Assembly: GCA_023440825.1 (NCBI GenBank)
Contig: JAEXRL010000030.1
Span: 167,408 to 231,407, forward strand
Origin: Pseudomonadota bacterium
GTDB lineage: Bacteria; Pseudomonadota; Gammaproteobacteria; Burkholderiales; Burkholderiaceae_B
Direction of reading: 5' to 3'
DNA length: 64,000 nucleotides
Shown here: in pieces, positions 1 to 9,556 of the stretch
How the letters are laid out: each line of letters opens with the position of its first letter
Position numbering within the stretch: position 1 is the stretch's first letter
Program-made: the position numbers and the translations under genes
The notes under the pieces: model-generated
Databases searched by the model: none
What the model was told of the DNA's origin: nothing
What the model saw: only the letters and a program-made list of their open reading frames with translations

Positions 1-176
1 AATTTTTACAGTACATCTCCTTTCCTGATGATTTAAAAGGTCGTTATCAAAGCCACACTCAGGCAGATCTGGCTCAGCTTAGACAAGCGGGCTATGCCGA
101 GGAGTTCGTAGATGTGCAGACAGGGGTAGCCGACTACACACGTCGTCTGCTCAAATCAGGGCAGCTACACCTGTAA
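1..176 (+). CDS. hldD: 3' end of ADP-L-glycero-D-manno-heptose 6-epimerase (partial; start lies outside the window)
   Basis: Frame 3 reads ...[46 protein letters not shown]...HL and ends at TAA 174-176. This matches the conserved RfaD/HldD C-terminus (FPxxLKGRYQxFTQAD) as I recall it. Confidence 0.6.
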   Translation, partial: FLQYISFPDDLKGRYQSHTQADLAQLRQAGYAEEFVDVQTGVADYTRRLLKSGQLHL

Positions 177-297
177 GCAGCAAGCAGTTCGCGCTTTCGC
201 ACAGCGAGTAGTTACCGAGATGGACAAAGTGCTGGGCGGAGCGGGTGTGATGGTTCGTTTTTAAGCATGATGGTGTTTTTTCTTTTGGAGCACCGTC

Positions 298-660
298 ATG
301 CTAGAAAAAGCACGTTTATGGGGCATGCACACTGGTCACAGCTTGTTGTTCAGTGTATTGATGTACCTAAGTTGTGCGTCACTTGGCCATGCGCACGATG
401 TTAACCAGGCCACACACGAGCAATTACTGCAAATTAAGGGTATAGGCCCTAAAACAGCACAGTTGATCATAGCCGAACGAGAGCGCGCTGGCCCCTATTC
501 GTCTTACGATGATTTAGCCTTACGCGTAAAAGGAATAGGGCCCAAAAAACTGCTGCAAATGCAAGAATCAGGCTTAAGGTTGGGGGCTGCAGCGGGCAAT
601 AAAGTCGCTCAGCCAGTTCGTCCGGCGGCAACGGTCACAACGCCTCGTAAAAAACCGTAG
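298..660 (+). CDS. ComEA-like helix-hairpin-helix DNA-binding protein with signal peptide
   Basis: The N-terminus is hydrophobic. Two HhH motifs are present (LLQIKGIGPKTAQLII and LRVKGIGPKKLLQM), typical of the ComEA family. An alternative start at Met10 (325) is possible. Confidence 0.7.
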   Translation: MLEKARLWGMHTGHSLLFSVLMYLSCASLGHAHDVNQATHEQLLQIKGIGPKTAQLIIAERERAGPYSSYDDLALRVKGIGPKKLLQMQESGLRLGAAAGNKVAQPVRPAATVTTPRKKP

Positions 661-766
661 CGCCTTATTTAAAACCATTCTAAGCTTATTCGCTTAGCAA
701 GCGGGCACTGCCGCCAGGTGTGCTTTTGCATGCACAGCTCTACTTTGTAAGGTGTATCATTTCCTG

Positions 767-1672
767 ATGAAAAATTATCCTACTATTGAAGATACCGTCG
801 GTCACACGCCCTTGGTGAAGTTGCAACGCATACCTGGGGAGTACGGACAAGGTCGTGGTAATGTCATTTTGGCCAAACTCGAAGGGAATAACCCAGCAGG
901 TTCAGTCAAAGACAGAGCAGCGAGCTCCATGATTCGACAAGCCGAATTACGTGGCCTGATTAAACCGGGCGATACCCTGATTGAAGCAACTAGTGGTAAT
1001 ACGGGCATCGCCTTGGCCATGATTGCAGCCGTGCGCGGTTATAAAATGATCTTGATCATGCCCGATAATCTGTCGACAGAGCGGCGTGCTTCCATGACTG
1101 CGTATGGGGCCGAATTGATTCTGACCCCGGCAAATGAAGGCGGTATGGAGTATGCGCGCGACCTGGCCATGCGTATGCAAGCGCAGGGCCGAGGCCTAGT
1201 GCTGGATCAGTTCGCCAATGGCGATAATCCCTTAGCGCACATTAGTGGTACCGGCCCTGAGATTTGGCAGCAAACTGAGGGCCAGGTCACGCACTTTGTG
1301 AGCGCCATGGGCACAACCGGTACCATCATGGGGGTGGGTTCGTACTTGCGTACACAAAACGCCGATATTGTCGTGGTCGGTGCGCAGCCTGCAGAGGGTT
1401 CTCAAATCGCGGGCATCCGCAAGTGGCCAGAAGCGTATTTGCCTAAAATTTATGATGCCTCTAAAGTTAACGAGTTCGAGCTTATTGAGCAAACTCAGGC
1501 CGAGCAGATGACTCGTCGCCTAGCCTGCGAGGAAGGGATTAGTGCTGGGGTATCTTCTGGAGGGGCCTTGGTTGCCGCCATGAGAGTTGCCCAGCGAGTT
1601 GAAAACGCCACTATCGTATTTATAGTATGCGATCGTGGCGATCGTTATTTATCTACAGGTATTTTTAATTAG
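767..1672 (+). CDS. cysM: Cysteine synthase B (O-acetylserine sulfhydrylase, PLP-dependent)
   Basis: Motifs TIEDTVGHTPLVKLQR, KLEGNNPAGSVKDRAA (PLP lysine) and SGNTGIALA are present. The ORF track starts at GTG 752; ATG 767 (MKNYPT...) is the more likely start. Confidence 0.9.
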   Translation: MKNYPTIEDTVGHTPLVKLQRIPGEYGQGRGNVILAKLEGNNPAGSVKDRAASSMIRQAELRGLIKPGDTLIEATSGNTGIALAMIAAVRGYKMILIMPDNLSTERRASMTAYGAELILTPANEGGMEYARDLAMRMQAQGRGLVLDQFANGDNPLAHISGTGPEIWQQTEGQVTHFVSAMGTTGTIMGVGSYLRTQNADIVVVGAQPAEGSQIAGIRKWPEAYLPKIYDASKVNEFELIEQTQAEQMTRRLACEEGISAGVSSGGALVAAMRVAQRVENATIVFIVCDRGDRYLSTGIFN

Positions 1673-2876
1673 GACCACCGTAGCCCATCTGGCTGGCTAG
1701 TTCGCTAGCCAGGTCGGCCACTGCGGCAGCGTAAAAATAGCTGCGGTTATAGTGGGTAATAGCAAAAAAGTTTGTCGTGCCTAGGCGCCAGTCTACGGTG
1801 CCTCGTGGTTCGTCCACTAAATTGACGACCCCCATTTTATATTGGGTCCAGTCACCGGGGTTATAGGCTTGCCCGGAAATCTGTGCCCCAGTATTGATGA
1901 GTTCTTCCCAGTTGCGCTTAGGATCTATGCCGCCATCGAGCAGTGCTTGGCTTTGAGCACTTAAACGAACCGGCGCAAAGACCGGCAATTGAGGCTGCCA
2001 GCCATGTGCCCGCAAGAAATTAGCAATGGATGCGATAACGTCACTGGGGTTATTGCGTAGGTCTATCTGCCCATCGCCATCGCCGTCCACCGCATAACGT
2101 ATCAGGCTGCCGGGCATAAATTGAGGCATGCCCATTGCCCCTGCAAAAGAGCCTTGTACTTGCCGTGCGTCCAGTTCGCCCTGATGGTGCAAAGCGATCA
2201 GGTCTGCCAACTGATCTCGAAAGAGCTGCCCACGCTCTGGGCGTGAGTCGTCAGGATAAGCAAAGCCCAGAGTGAATAAGGCATCAAGCACTTTAAAGTC
2301 GCCCATGTAGTGCCCGTACACGGTCTCTATACCCAGTATGGCCACAATAATGGAGGGGGGAACGCCATAGCGTGTGCTGACCGTATCCAAAGTGCTCTGG
2401 TGAGCTTGCCAAAACTCGATTCCCCGCTTGATACGTATAGGGTCTACGTTACGTTGTTTATACGTGACCCAGCTTTTACGGATACGCCCTTGGCTTGGGC
2501 GCATCAGTTTGGCGGCGGTGGCATTGTAGTTGGCTTGTTGTAGCAGGTCCTCTACCAAATTTAGGGGCACTTGGCGGGTTTGAGCTACTTGCTGTGCGTA
2601 AGCGCGCAGGTCCGCGTCTAGCTCACCGTTTGCTGCCTTAAAACTGCGACGATCAGATTGTGAACGACCGCCTGTAATGGATGGCGATTCGTCCAGGTTT
2701 TTAATGGGTGTAGCAGCAGGGCTAAGCGGAGCAGCGGCGTTGGCCACTATTTGATTAGGGAAAACACTAGTAGTGTCCCCAGAGTTAGATAATTTGGGTG
2801 CGCTGGGTCTTGCAGCGCACCCGGCTGCTGCTATAGTAATGAGTGCTGCTTGTAAAATACGTTGGGGTTTGAACAT
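1665..2876 (-). CDS. mltB: Lytic murein transglycosylase B family lipoprotein
   Basis: It has a lipobox-like N-terminus (ITIAAAGC) and MltB-type motifs (GIETVYG, GAMGMPQFMPGS, DGDGDGQIDL). Its 3' end overlaps the cysM 3' end by 8 nt (convergent). Confidence 0.85.
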   Translation of the reverse strand: MFKPQRILQAALITIAAAGCAARPSAPKLSNSGDTTSVFPNQIVANAAAPLSPAATPIKNLDESPSITGGRSQSDRRSFKAANGELDADLRAYAQQVAQTRQVPLNLVEDLLQQANYNATAAKLMRPSQGRIRKSWVTYKQRNVDPIRIKRGIEFWQAHQSTLDTVSTRYGVPPSIIVAILGIETVYGHYMGDFKVLDALFTLGFAYPDDSRPERGQLFRDQLADLIALHHQGELDARQVQGSFAGAMGMPQFMPGSLIRYAVDGDGDGQIDLRNNPSDVIASIANFLRAHGWQPQLPVFAPVRLSAQSQALLDGGIDPKRNWEELINTGAQISGQAYNPGDWTQYKMGVVNLVDEPRGTVDWRLGTTNFFAITHYNRSYFYAAAVADLASELASQMGYGGPN

Positions 2877-2887
2877 AATCCATCCTT

Positions 2888-3808
2888 ATGGAGACACTAT
2901 ATATTACTCATCCTGCGTGTCATTTGCATGAGATGGGCGTTTGGCATCCCGAAAGTCCCAATCGGCTCGACGCAGTGAGCAAACAGTTGTTGGCTAGCGA
3001 CCTGGCTAGCCATCTGCACTCCCATCAGGCTAGAGCCGCGAGTCGGGAAGATATCTTGCGCGTACATACGTCACAGCATCTCGAGTACTTGCATGAAAAA
3101 GCACCTACGCAAGGCTACTTCTCTATCGATGCGGATACGATTATGAATGCCCATACGCTGGAGGCTGCGTATCATGCAGCGGGCGCAGGCCTGGACGCTG
3201 TGGATGCCCTCATGGCGGGGCAAATGCGCCAAGCCTTCTGTTCGGTGCGCCCACCTGGGCATCATGCCAGTAGCGATCGTGCCATGGGTTTTTGTTTTTT
3301 TAATAATGTGGCAATCGCTGTGGCGTATGCGCTGGAAAAATATCCCCTGCAACGTGTTCTGATTGTGGACTTTGATGTGCATCATGGTAACGGAACGGAA
3401 GATATCTTTGCGCACGACGAGCGTGTTTTGATGTGCGGTTTTTTTCAGCATCCATATTTTCCTGGATCATTTCACCAGCCGCAGGCCAAAAACATGTTAA
3501 ATATACCGATTGAGGCGCACACCCAAGCTGATCGCATACTGGAGCGCTTTGAAAAGCTGTGCTTACCGCGTATCGTTGCTTTTGAGCCTGAACTTGTGTT
3601 TTTTTCAGCTGGTTTTGATGCGCATAGCGACGATGAAATGGGACAGCTAGGCTTAGTAGAGGCTGATTTTTCTGCCTTGACCCGTATGGTCATGCAGGCT
3701 ACGGCTAAAAGTGCGCAGGGTCGCGTTATTAGCCTGCTAGAGGGCGGCTATGAGCTGCTTTCGCTGGGGCGTAGCGTAGAGGCGCATATTCGGGCTATGA
3801 GTGCCTGA
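2888..3808 (+). CDS. Histone deacetylase-family (HDAC/acetoin utilisation-type) amidohydrolase
   Basis: Motifs HPESPNRL, RPPGHHA, DFDVHHGNGT and EGGY are characteristic of the arginase/deacetylase fold. Confidence 0.85.
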   Translation: METLYITHPACHLHEMGVWHPESPNRLDAVSKQLLASDLASHLHSHQARAASREDILRVHTSQHLEYLHEKAPTQGYFSIDADTIMNAHTLEAAYHAAGAGLDAVDALMAGQMRQAFCSVRPPGHHASSDRAMGFCFFNNVAIAVAYALEKYPLQRVLIVDFDVHHGNGTEDIFAHDERVLMCGFFQHPYFPGSFHQPQAKNMLNIPIEAHTQADRILERFEKLCLPRIVAFEPELVFFSAGFDAHSDDEMGQLGLVEADFSALTRMVMQATAKSAQGRVISLLEGGYELLSLGRSVEAHIRAMSA

Positions 3809-3862
3809 TAATTAAAGATTGATGAATAAAATATCTGCTTGTGAAACTTTGGAGAACATAGG

Positions 3863-4612
3863 ATGAAGGTGTTAGTACCTGTTAAACGCGTCGTTGATTA
3901 CAACGTGAAAGTACGCGTTAAGTCTGACCAGACCGGCGTTGACATTGCCAACGTAAAAATGTCGATGAACCCGTTTGACGAGATTGCCGTTGAGGAAGCC
4001 ACACGCTTGAAAGAAAGCGGTGCAGTCAGCGAGGTTATTGCTGTCTCCTGCGGCGTTGCGCAAAGCCAGGAAACCTTGCGTACGGCTCTGGCCATTGGTG
4101 CCGACCGTGCTGCCCTGGTGCAAACGGATGAGGACCTGCAGCCATTGGCGGTGGCCAAGCTGCTCAAAGCAGTGGTCGACAAAGAGCAGCCACAACTGGT
4201 TATTTTGGGTAAACAGGCAATTGATGGCGATGCCAATCAAACCGGCCAGATGCTGGCAGCATTGCTGGATTGGCCTCAGGCCACCTTTGCCAGCAAGGTT
4301 GAGCTGAGCGCTGATAGCGTAACCGTTACACGCGAAGTGGATGGTGGTTTGGAAACCCTCAAGCTGACTTTGCCTGCGGTGATCACCACAGACTTGCGCT
4401 TGAATGAGCCACGTTATGTGACCCTTCCCAACATCATGAAAGCTAAAAAGAAAACGCTGGATACATACACACCAGACGATTTGGGCGTTGATGTGAAACC
4501 ACGCCTGACGGTACTGAAAGTGACTGAGCCCGCAGCGCGCTCAGCCGGCGTCATCGTACCTGACGTCGCCACACTCGTAGATAAACTGAAGAATGAAGCA
4601 AAGGTGATTTAA
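3863..4612 (+). CDS. etfB: Electron transfer flavoprotein beta subunit
   Basis: The N-terminus [20 protein letters not shown] and the segment [15 protein letters not shown] are typical. Length is 249 aa and etfA follows immediately. Confidence 0.93.
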   Translation: MKVLVPVKRVVDYNVKVRVKSDQTGVDIANVKMSMNPFDEIAVEEATRLKESGAVSEVIAVSCGVAQSQETLRTALAIGADRAALVQTDEDLQPLAVAKLLKAVVDKEQPQLVILGKQAIDGDANQTGQMLAALLDWPQATFASKVELSADSVTVTREVDGGLETLKLTLPAVITTDLRLNEPRYVTLPNIMKAKKKTLDTYTPDDLGVDVKPRLTVLKVTEPAARSAGVIVPDVATLVDKLKNEAKVI

Positions 4613-5542
4613 ATGTCGATTCTGGTAATTGCTGAACACGATAATACCCAATTGAACGCGGCGACACTGAATACAGTTGCTGCGGCTAGTCGCCTTGGCG
4701 ATGATATTCACGTATTGGTAGCGGGCTCCGGTGCACGCGCTGTGGCCGATGCAGCCGCCAAAATTGCTGGCGTACAAAAAGTTATTTTGGCCGACGCGCC
4801 CAGTCTGGCCGATGCCTTGGCTGAGAACGTAGCAGCTCAGGTACTAAGTCTTGCTTCGTCCTACACACACATACTGTTTCCAGCCACATCCTCAGGTAAA
4901 AACGTGGCCCCACGTGTGGCGGCCAAGCTAGATGTTGCGCAAATCTCCGACATACTCTCCGTAGAGTCTGCCGATACATTCACGCGCCCCATTTACGCGG
5001 GTAACGCGATCGCTACCGTGCAATCGGCCGATGCTATCAAAGTGATCACTGTGCGCACGACAGCATTTGATGCCGCGGCAGCCGAGGGAGGCAATGCAAC
5101 GGTTCAAGAGCAAACGGGTGTTGCTGATTCGGGTAGCTCGAGCTTTGTTGGCCGTGAGCTGGCAAAAAGCGATCGTCCAGATTTGGCCGGCGCTCAGGCA
5201 GTGGTATCGGGTGGACGTGGCTTGGGTAGCGCTGAGAACTTCAAATTGCTTGATGGTCTGGCCGATAAACTGGGCGCAGCCCTAGGCGCCTCTCGTGCTG
5301 CGGTTGACGCTGGCTACGCGCCTAACGATTGGCAAGTAGGCCAGACCGGTAAGATCGTGGCCCCACAATTGTATGTGGCCGTGGGTATTTCCGGTGCGAT
5401 TCAGCATTTGGCGGGTATGAAAGACTCTAAAGTCATCGTAGCCATTAATAAGGACCCCGAAGCACCTATTTTCAGTGTCGCCGATTATGGTCTGGTTGCT
5501 GATCTGTTTCAGGTGCTGCCCGAGTTAGAGCAGGCGCTTTAA
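4613..5542 (+). CDS. etfA: Electron transfer flavoprotein alpha subunit
   Basis: [10 protein letters not shown] at the N-terminus and the C-terminal FAD-binding motif [31 protein letters not shown] are present. Its start abuts the etfB stop. Confidence 0.93.
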   Translation: MSILVIAEHDNTQLNAATLNTVAAASRLGDDIHVLVAGSGARAVADAAAKIAGVQKVILADAPSLADALAENVAAQVLSLASSYTHILFPATSSGKNVAPRVAAKLDVAQISDILSVESADTFTRPIYAGNAIATVQSADAIKVITVRTTAFDAAAAEGGNATVQEQTGVADSGSSSFVGRELAKSDRPDLAGAQAVVSGGRGLGSAENFKLLDGLADKLGAALGASRAAVDAGYAPNDWQVGQTGKIVAPQLYVAVGISGAIQHLAGMKDSKVIVAINKDPEAPIFSVADYGLVADLFQVLPELEQAL

Positions 5543-5573
5543 TTACAGCCTGACTTCTAAGCCTCGCTAACCT

Positions 5574-5611
5574 GGCTTCTGCGCTGGTCTGTGCAGACCA
5601 ACGCAGAAGCC
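5574..5611. repeat. Long GC-rich inverted repeat (about 18-bp stem, one mismatch) between etfA and the acyl-CoA dehydrogenase gene
   Basis: GGCTTCTGCGCTGGTCTG (5574-5591) pairs with CAGACCAACGCAGAAGCC (5594-5611). There is no downstream T-tract, so it is not a canonical intrinsic terminator. Confidence 0.5.
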
Positions 5612-5633
5612 TAGCCCGCATACTGGAGACCTC

Positions 5634-7457
5634 ATGACTTATCGTGTTCCCTTAAAAGATATACGTTTTGCGTTGACGCATCTGGCCGATCTGGATGGTG
5701 TGCTGGCCTTGCCGGGATTTGAAGATTTCGCTCCCGATGTGGTCAGTGCTGTACTAGAAGAAAATGCGCGTTTTGTCGAGCAAGAAATTGCACCGCTTAA
5801 TCGTGTGGGCGATACGCAGGCACCTGTTTGGAACGACGGACAGGTAAAGACTAGTCCTGGGTTTAAGGCGGCATTTGATGCCTTTGCTGCAGCAGGCTGG
5901 CAGGGGCTACAGCACGATCCGGAATTGGGAGGGCAAGGCTTGCCCAAGCTGGTGGGGGCGGTTAGCAGCGAGAATATTAATGCCGCCAGTCTGGCTTTTT
6001 CGCTTTGTCCCTTGTTGACGGATGGGGTCATTGAGGCCTTGTCGCTGGTGGGCACAGACGAACAAAAAGAGCAGTACTTGCCTGCCTTACTGGAAGGGCG
6101 CTGGACGGGCACGATGAATTTGACCGAGCCACAAGCGGGGTCAGATCTAGCCCAGGTTAAAACACGTGCAGTTCCTCAAGGTGATGGCTCTTTCCGTTTA
6201 CACGGTCAAAAAATATTTATTACCTATGGCGAGCACGATATGGCGGAAAATATCGTGCATTTGGTGCTGGCTCGCACGCCCGATGCGCCAGAGGGGGTGA
6301 AAGGCATTTCGCTTTTTATTGTTCCCAAGTTTGTGCTGAAGGATGACGGTTCGCTGGGGGCGCGCAATGATGTCTGGTGTGCCTCGTTGGAGCATAAGCT
6401 GGGCATACATGGTAGTCCAACTGCGGTGCTGCTCTATGGTGCCGACAAAGGAGAGGTTGGGGAAGGGGCGATAGGATATCTAGTCGGCGAAGAAAACCGC
6501 GGGCTGGAGTACATGTTTATTATGATGAATGCTGCCCGCTATGCGGTCGGTGTGCAAGGTGTGGCGGTGGCTGAGCGTGCTTTGCAGCAAGCCACAGCGT
6601 ATGCCCACGATCGAGTGCAGGGGGCTGCCCTAGATAGCCAGTCGCGAGCAGCAGTCAGCATTGCTCACCACCCCGATGTGCAGCGCATGTTACTGCACAT
6701 GCGCGGCCTGACCGAGGGCGCGCGTGCATTAGCGTATTTTGCAGCCTCAGCGGGCGATAAGGCTCGTCATCACCCAGACCAGCAAGAGCGCAAGAAACAG
6801 CAGCAACTGTTCGAGTTTTTGGTCCCTGTCGTGAAAGGGTTTTGCACCGAAATTTCTCAAGAGGTAACTACGCTGGGTGTGCAGGTACATGGTGGCATGG
6901 GGTTTATTGAAGAAACCGGTGCTGCTCAGCATTTTCGCGATGCGCGCATTCTGACCATTTATGAAGGCACAACGGCGATTCAAGCCAATGACTTTATTGG
7001 CCGCAAGATCCTTCGGGATGGGGGGCAGCAAGCCTTGGCGCTGGCCGAACTGCTGCAAGATACCTTAGATCAGTTGCGGGCCTATGCAGGCAAGGGTGGG
7101 GCGCATGCACAGGCGCTCGAGCTCATGGCGCAACGTCTGGAGGCGGGTGTGGATGCAGTCAAATTAGCCGCCACCTTTACCTTGACGCATGCTCAGCAAG
7201 GTTTGCGTCCCGTGTTTTTGGGCAGTGTTCCGTTCCTGCTGTTAACCGGTACAGTGTTGGCGGGCTGGCAATTGGCTCGCTCTGCCTTAGTAGCGGCTCA
7301 GGAGCTGGAGCAAGAGTCTGATGACTTCCTAAACAGAAAGCTGGCAACGGCTGTGTTTTACGCTAGCCATATTTTGCCTCGTGCAGAGGCCTTGGCTTTA
7401 GCCGTTTCAGATGGCGAACTACTTAACACCTATGCGACAGTAGAAAATACGAAATAA
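5634..7457 (+). CDS. Large (about 600 aa) acyl-CoA dehydrogenase
   Basis: An acyl-CoA dehydrogenase core is present (TEPQAGSDL, FITYGEHD, GGMGFIEETG, ARILTIYEGTTAIQ) with an extended C-terminal domain. It lies directly downstream of etfBA. Confidence 0.85.
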   Translation: MTYRVPLKDIRFALTHLADLDGVLALPGFEDFAPDVVSAVLEENARFVEQEIAPLNRVGDTQAPVWNDGQVKTSPGFKAAFDAFAAAGWQGLQHDPELGGQGLPKLVGAVSSENINAASLAFSLCPLLTDGVIEALSLVGTDEQKEQYLPALLEGRWTGTMNLTEPQAGSDLAQVKTRAVPQGDGSFRLHGQKIFITYGEHDMAENIVHLVLARTPDAPEGVKGISLFIVPKFVLKDDGSLGARNDVWCASLEHKLGIHGSPTAVLLYGADKGEVGEGAIGYLVGEENRGLEYMFIMMNAARYAVGVQGVAVAERALQQATAYAHDRVQGAALDSQSRAAVSIAHHPDVQRMLLHMRGLTEGARALAYFAASAGDKARHHPDQQERKKQQQLFEFLVPVVKGFCTEISQEVTTLGVQVHGGMGFIEETGAAQHFRDARILTIYEGTTAIQANDFIGRKILRDGGQQALALAELLQDTLDQLRAYAGKGGAHAQALELMAQRLEAGVDAVKLAATFTLTHAQQGLRPVFLGSVPFLLLTGTVLAGWQLARSALVAAQELEQESDDFLNRKLATAVFYASHILPRAEALALAVSDGELLNTYATVENTK

Positions 7458-7578
7458 ATATATTTCTAAAAGTTATTTGATGTGGTTTTCTTATACTGCC
7501 AGAATATATAGTATGCTTTACAGCAAGCCCAAAATGTTGGGCTTGTATCCATCCTGATATCACAGCAAGGGAGTCCGC

Positions 7579-8220
7579 ATGGCCACATTACGATTGGGCG
7601 ACAACGCCCCCGACTTTGAGCAAAAGTCTTCTACTGGCACGATTAAATTTCATGAGTATCTAGGCGATAGCTGGGGTATCTTGTTTTCGCATCCTGCCGA
7701 CTTCACCCCTGTTTGCACTACCGAGCTGGGCTATACAGCCAAGCTGGCTGATGAATTCGCCAAGCGCAACACCAAAGTTATTGCGGTTTCTGTGGATGAC
7801 AATGACTCGCACCAAAAATGGATTGCGGACATCAACGATACCCAAAATACACAAGTTAATTTTCCCATTCTGGCCGATGATGATCGCAAGGTTTCCGACC
7901 TTTATGACATGATCCATCCTAACGCCAGCACAACGGTAACCGTACGCTCTGTATTTATTATTGATCCGGCAAAAAAAGTACGATTAATCATTACCTATCC
8001 TGCCAGCACAGGTCGTAATTTCAACGAAATTTTGCGCGTACTGGATTCTTTGCAACTGACCGATGGCTATAGTGTTGCCACGCCAGTGAACTGGGAAGAC
8101 GGCCAGGATGTGATCATCGTACCGAGCTTGAAAGACCCTGAGGTACTGAAAAGCAAATTTCCCAAAGGTTACACAGAGATTCGCCCATATTTGCGTGTAA
8201 CACCGCAGCCCAATAAGTAA
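7579..8220 (+). CDS. 1-Cys peroxiredoxin (Prx6-type)
   Basis: The peroxidatic motif FTPVCTTE, the segments WGILFSHPADFTPV and DSHQKW, and a 213-aa length are typical of 1-Cys Prx. Confidence 0.88.
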   Translation: MATLRLGDNAPDFEQKSSTGTIKFHEYLGDSWGILFSHPADFTPVCTTELGYTAKLADEFAKRNTKVIAVSVDDNDSHQKWIADINDTQNTQVNFPILADDDRKVSDLYDMIHPNASTTVTVRSVFIIDPAKKVRLIITYPASTGRNFNEILRVLDSLQLTDGYSVATPVNWEDGQDVIIVPSLKDPEVLKSKFPKGYTEIRPYLRVTPQPNK

Positions 8221-8261
8221 GCATTGCAAGCAGGCTATGTGCCTGCAGATGCTCGTACGTG

Positions 8262-8301
8262 AACCCGGCCCAAGGTAAATGCTACCAGGGTCGGGTTTTT
8301 T
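8262..8301 (+). terminator. Rho-independent terminator after the peroxiredoxin gene
   Basis: AACCCGGCCC ... GGGTCGGGTT forms the stem (one G-U/mismatch) and is followed by TTTTTT. Confidence 0.65.
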
Positions 8302-8439
8302 ATTGTGTGCGCTTTGCCCTACTCAAGGCTTAGAGAAAATACTGGATGGGCTGTCTTAGCATGTAATGGGTAGACTATGCAGCCTAAACCCCACAGGCAT
8401 AAAAAACCGTCTTGCTTTTTATGCTGTGTTTCTGTACAG

Positions 8440-8459
8440 TACTGTATAAGAAAACAGTA
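8440..8459. promoter_or_regulatory. LexA (SOS) box of the CTGT-N8-ACAG type
   Basis: TACTGTATAAGAAAACAGTA fits the beta/gamma-proteobacterial consensus TACTGT-N8-ACAGTA. It overlaps a plausible promoter (TTGCTT 8412-8417, 17-nt spacer, TACAGT 8435-8440). It sits immediately 5' of the SD GGAGAG (8461-8466) and GTG 8471. Confidence 0.7.
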
Positions 8460-8470
8460 AGGAGAGGGTT

Positions 8471-8686
8471 GTGCATAAAACGTCCGCTTTTCATCAACAC
8501 ACTCATACCGTAGCCGTTTCACAGAATCAGGCGTGTATTAAGCGCGGTAACCGGCCTATGGTCGAACTACGCACTAATCAGGCGCCTCTGCCTTGGAAAA
8601 GCAAAGTGCTGGATGTCTGCCTAGTAGCCGTCTGGGGTTTAAGTATTCCCGGGCTAATGTGGTTAGCCGCAGCAGGCGGCTTCTAA
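8471..8686 (+). CDS. Hypothetical 71-aa protein with C-terminal transmembrane segment (candidate SOS-induced small membrane protein)
   Basis: It has a GTG start with a strong SD 4-5 nt upstream and a LexA box directly 5'. The C-terminus VLDVCLVAVWGLSIPGLMWLAAAGGF is hydrophobic. I recognise no family. Confidence 0.4.
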   Translation: MHKTSAFHQHTHTVAVSQNQACIKRGNRPMVELRTNQAPLPWKSKVLDVCLVAVWGLSIPGLMWLAAAGGF

Positions 8687-8788
8687 GCCGGATCCAAGCA
8701 CTGTATAGGCGGTTTCCCGGTATCAATGTATGTGGCTCATTAATACAAACAAAAAAGCACTGAAGCTGTTTTTGTTTTATGGGCGCGC

Positions 8789-9556
8789 TCACGGCACAAT
8801 GTGTAACCACTCGGGGTTATCAAAACGTGTGCTGGCCAACTCTTGAGCCTGCTCTAAGGTGGCTTGGTCAAGTTGAACAGGGTGTAGTGGGGCAGTGGCT
8901 GAAAAACTGCGTATCATCCCCTGAATCACCTCTTCACGCGACAAGCCGGTTTGGCTGCGTATTGGGTCTACCCGTTTTTTAGCGCTAGTTGTTCCCTTGT
9001 CGGAAAGCTTTTCTTTACCTATGCGTAAAACGTCCAGCATTTTGTCGGCGTCAATATCGTAGGCCATGGTTACGTGATGCAGTACAGCCTTGCCTTTGCG
9101 GGCTTGTGCTGCACCTCCAATTTTTCCACCAGCGCTAGTAATATCGTTCAAGGGCTGATACCACGCATCCACACCCAATGACTTAAGCGCTTGAATGAGC
9201 CAAGAGTCTAAAAATTCGTACGACTCTTGAAAACTCATATCGGCGACCAAAGCTTGTGGCACGCTAATCGAGTAGGTGATCGTGTTTCCCGGCTCAATAA
9301 ACATGGCACCACCACCACTGATTCGTCGCACCACCTGTATGCCATGGCGCTCGGCGCCAAGCGGATCAATTTCGTTGCGATAAGACTGAAAACGTCCTAT
9401 GACCACGGCGGCTTTTTGCCATTCCCATATACGCAGGGTGGGCGCGCGTACACCAGCACTGACTTGTGCGGTAATCACTTCATCTAAGGCCATATGTAAC
9501 GTAGGGGCTTGCGGGGTGGTATGGATTAACTCCCAGGGCAATTCAGACCATTTCAT
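8789..9556 (-). CDS. Lipoate-protein ligase catalytic-domain protein (BPL/LplA/LipB family, lacks the LplA C-terminal domain)
   Basis: Motifs PTLRIWEW, VVRRISGGGAMF and KIGGAAQ (lysine motif of LplA-type ligases) are present. At 255 aa it covers the catalytic domain only. Confidence 0.8.
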   Translation of the reverse strand: MKWSELPWELIHTTPQAPTLHMALDEVITAQVSAGVRAPTLRIWEWQKAAVVIGRFQSYRNEIDPLGAERHGIQVVRRISGGGAMFIEPGNTITYSISVPQALVADMSFQESYEFLDSWLIQALKSLGVDAWYQPLNDITSAGGKIGGAAQARKGKAVLHHVTMAYDIDADKMLDVLRIGKEKLSDKGTTSAKKRVDPIRSQTGLSREEVIQGMIRSFSATAPLHPVQLDQATLEQAQELASTRFDNPEWLHIVP

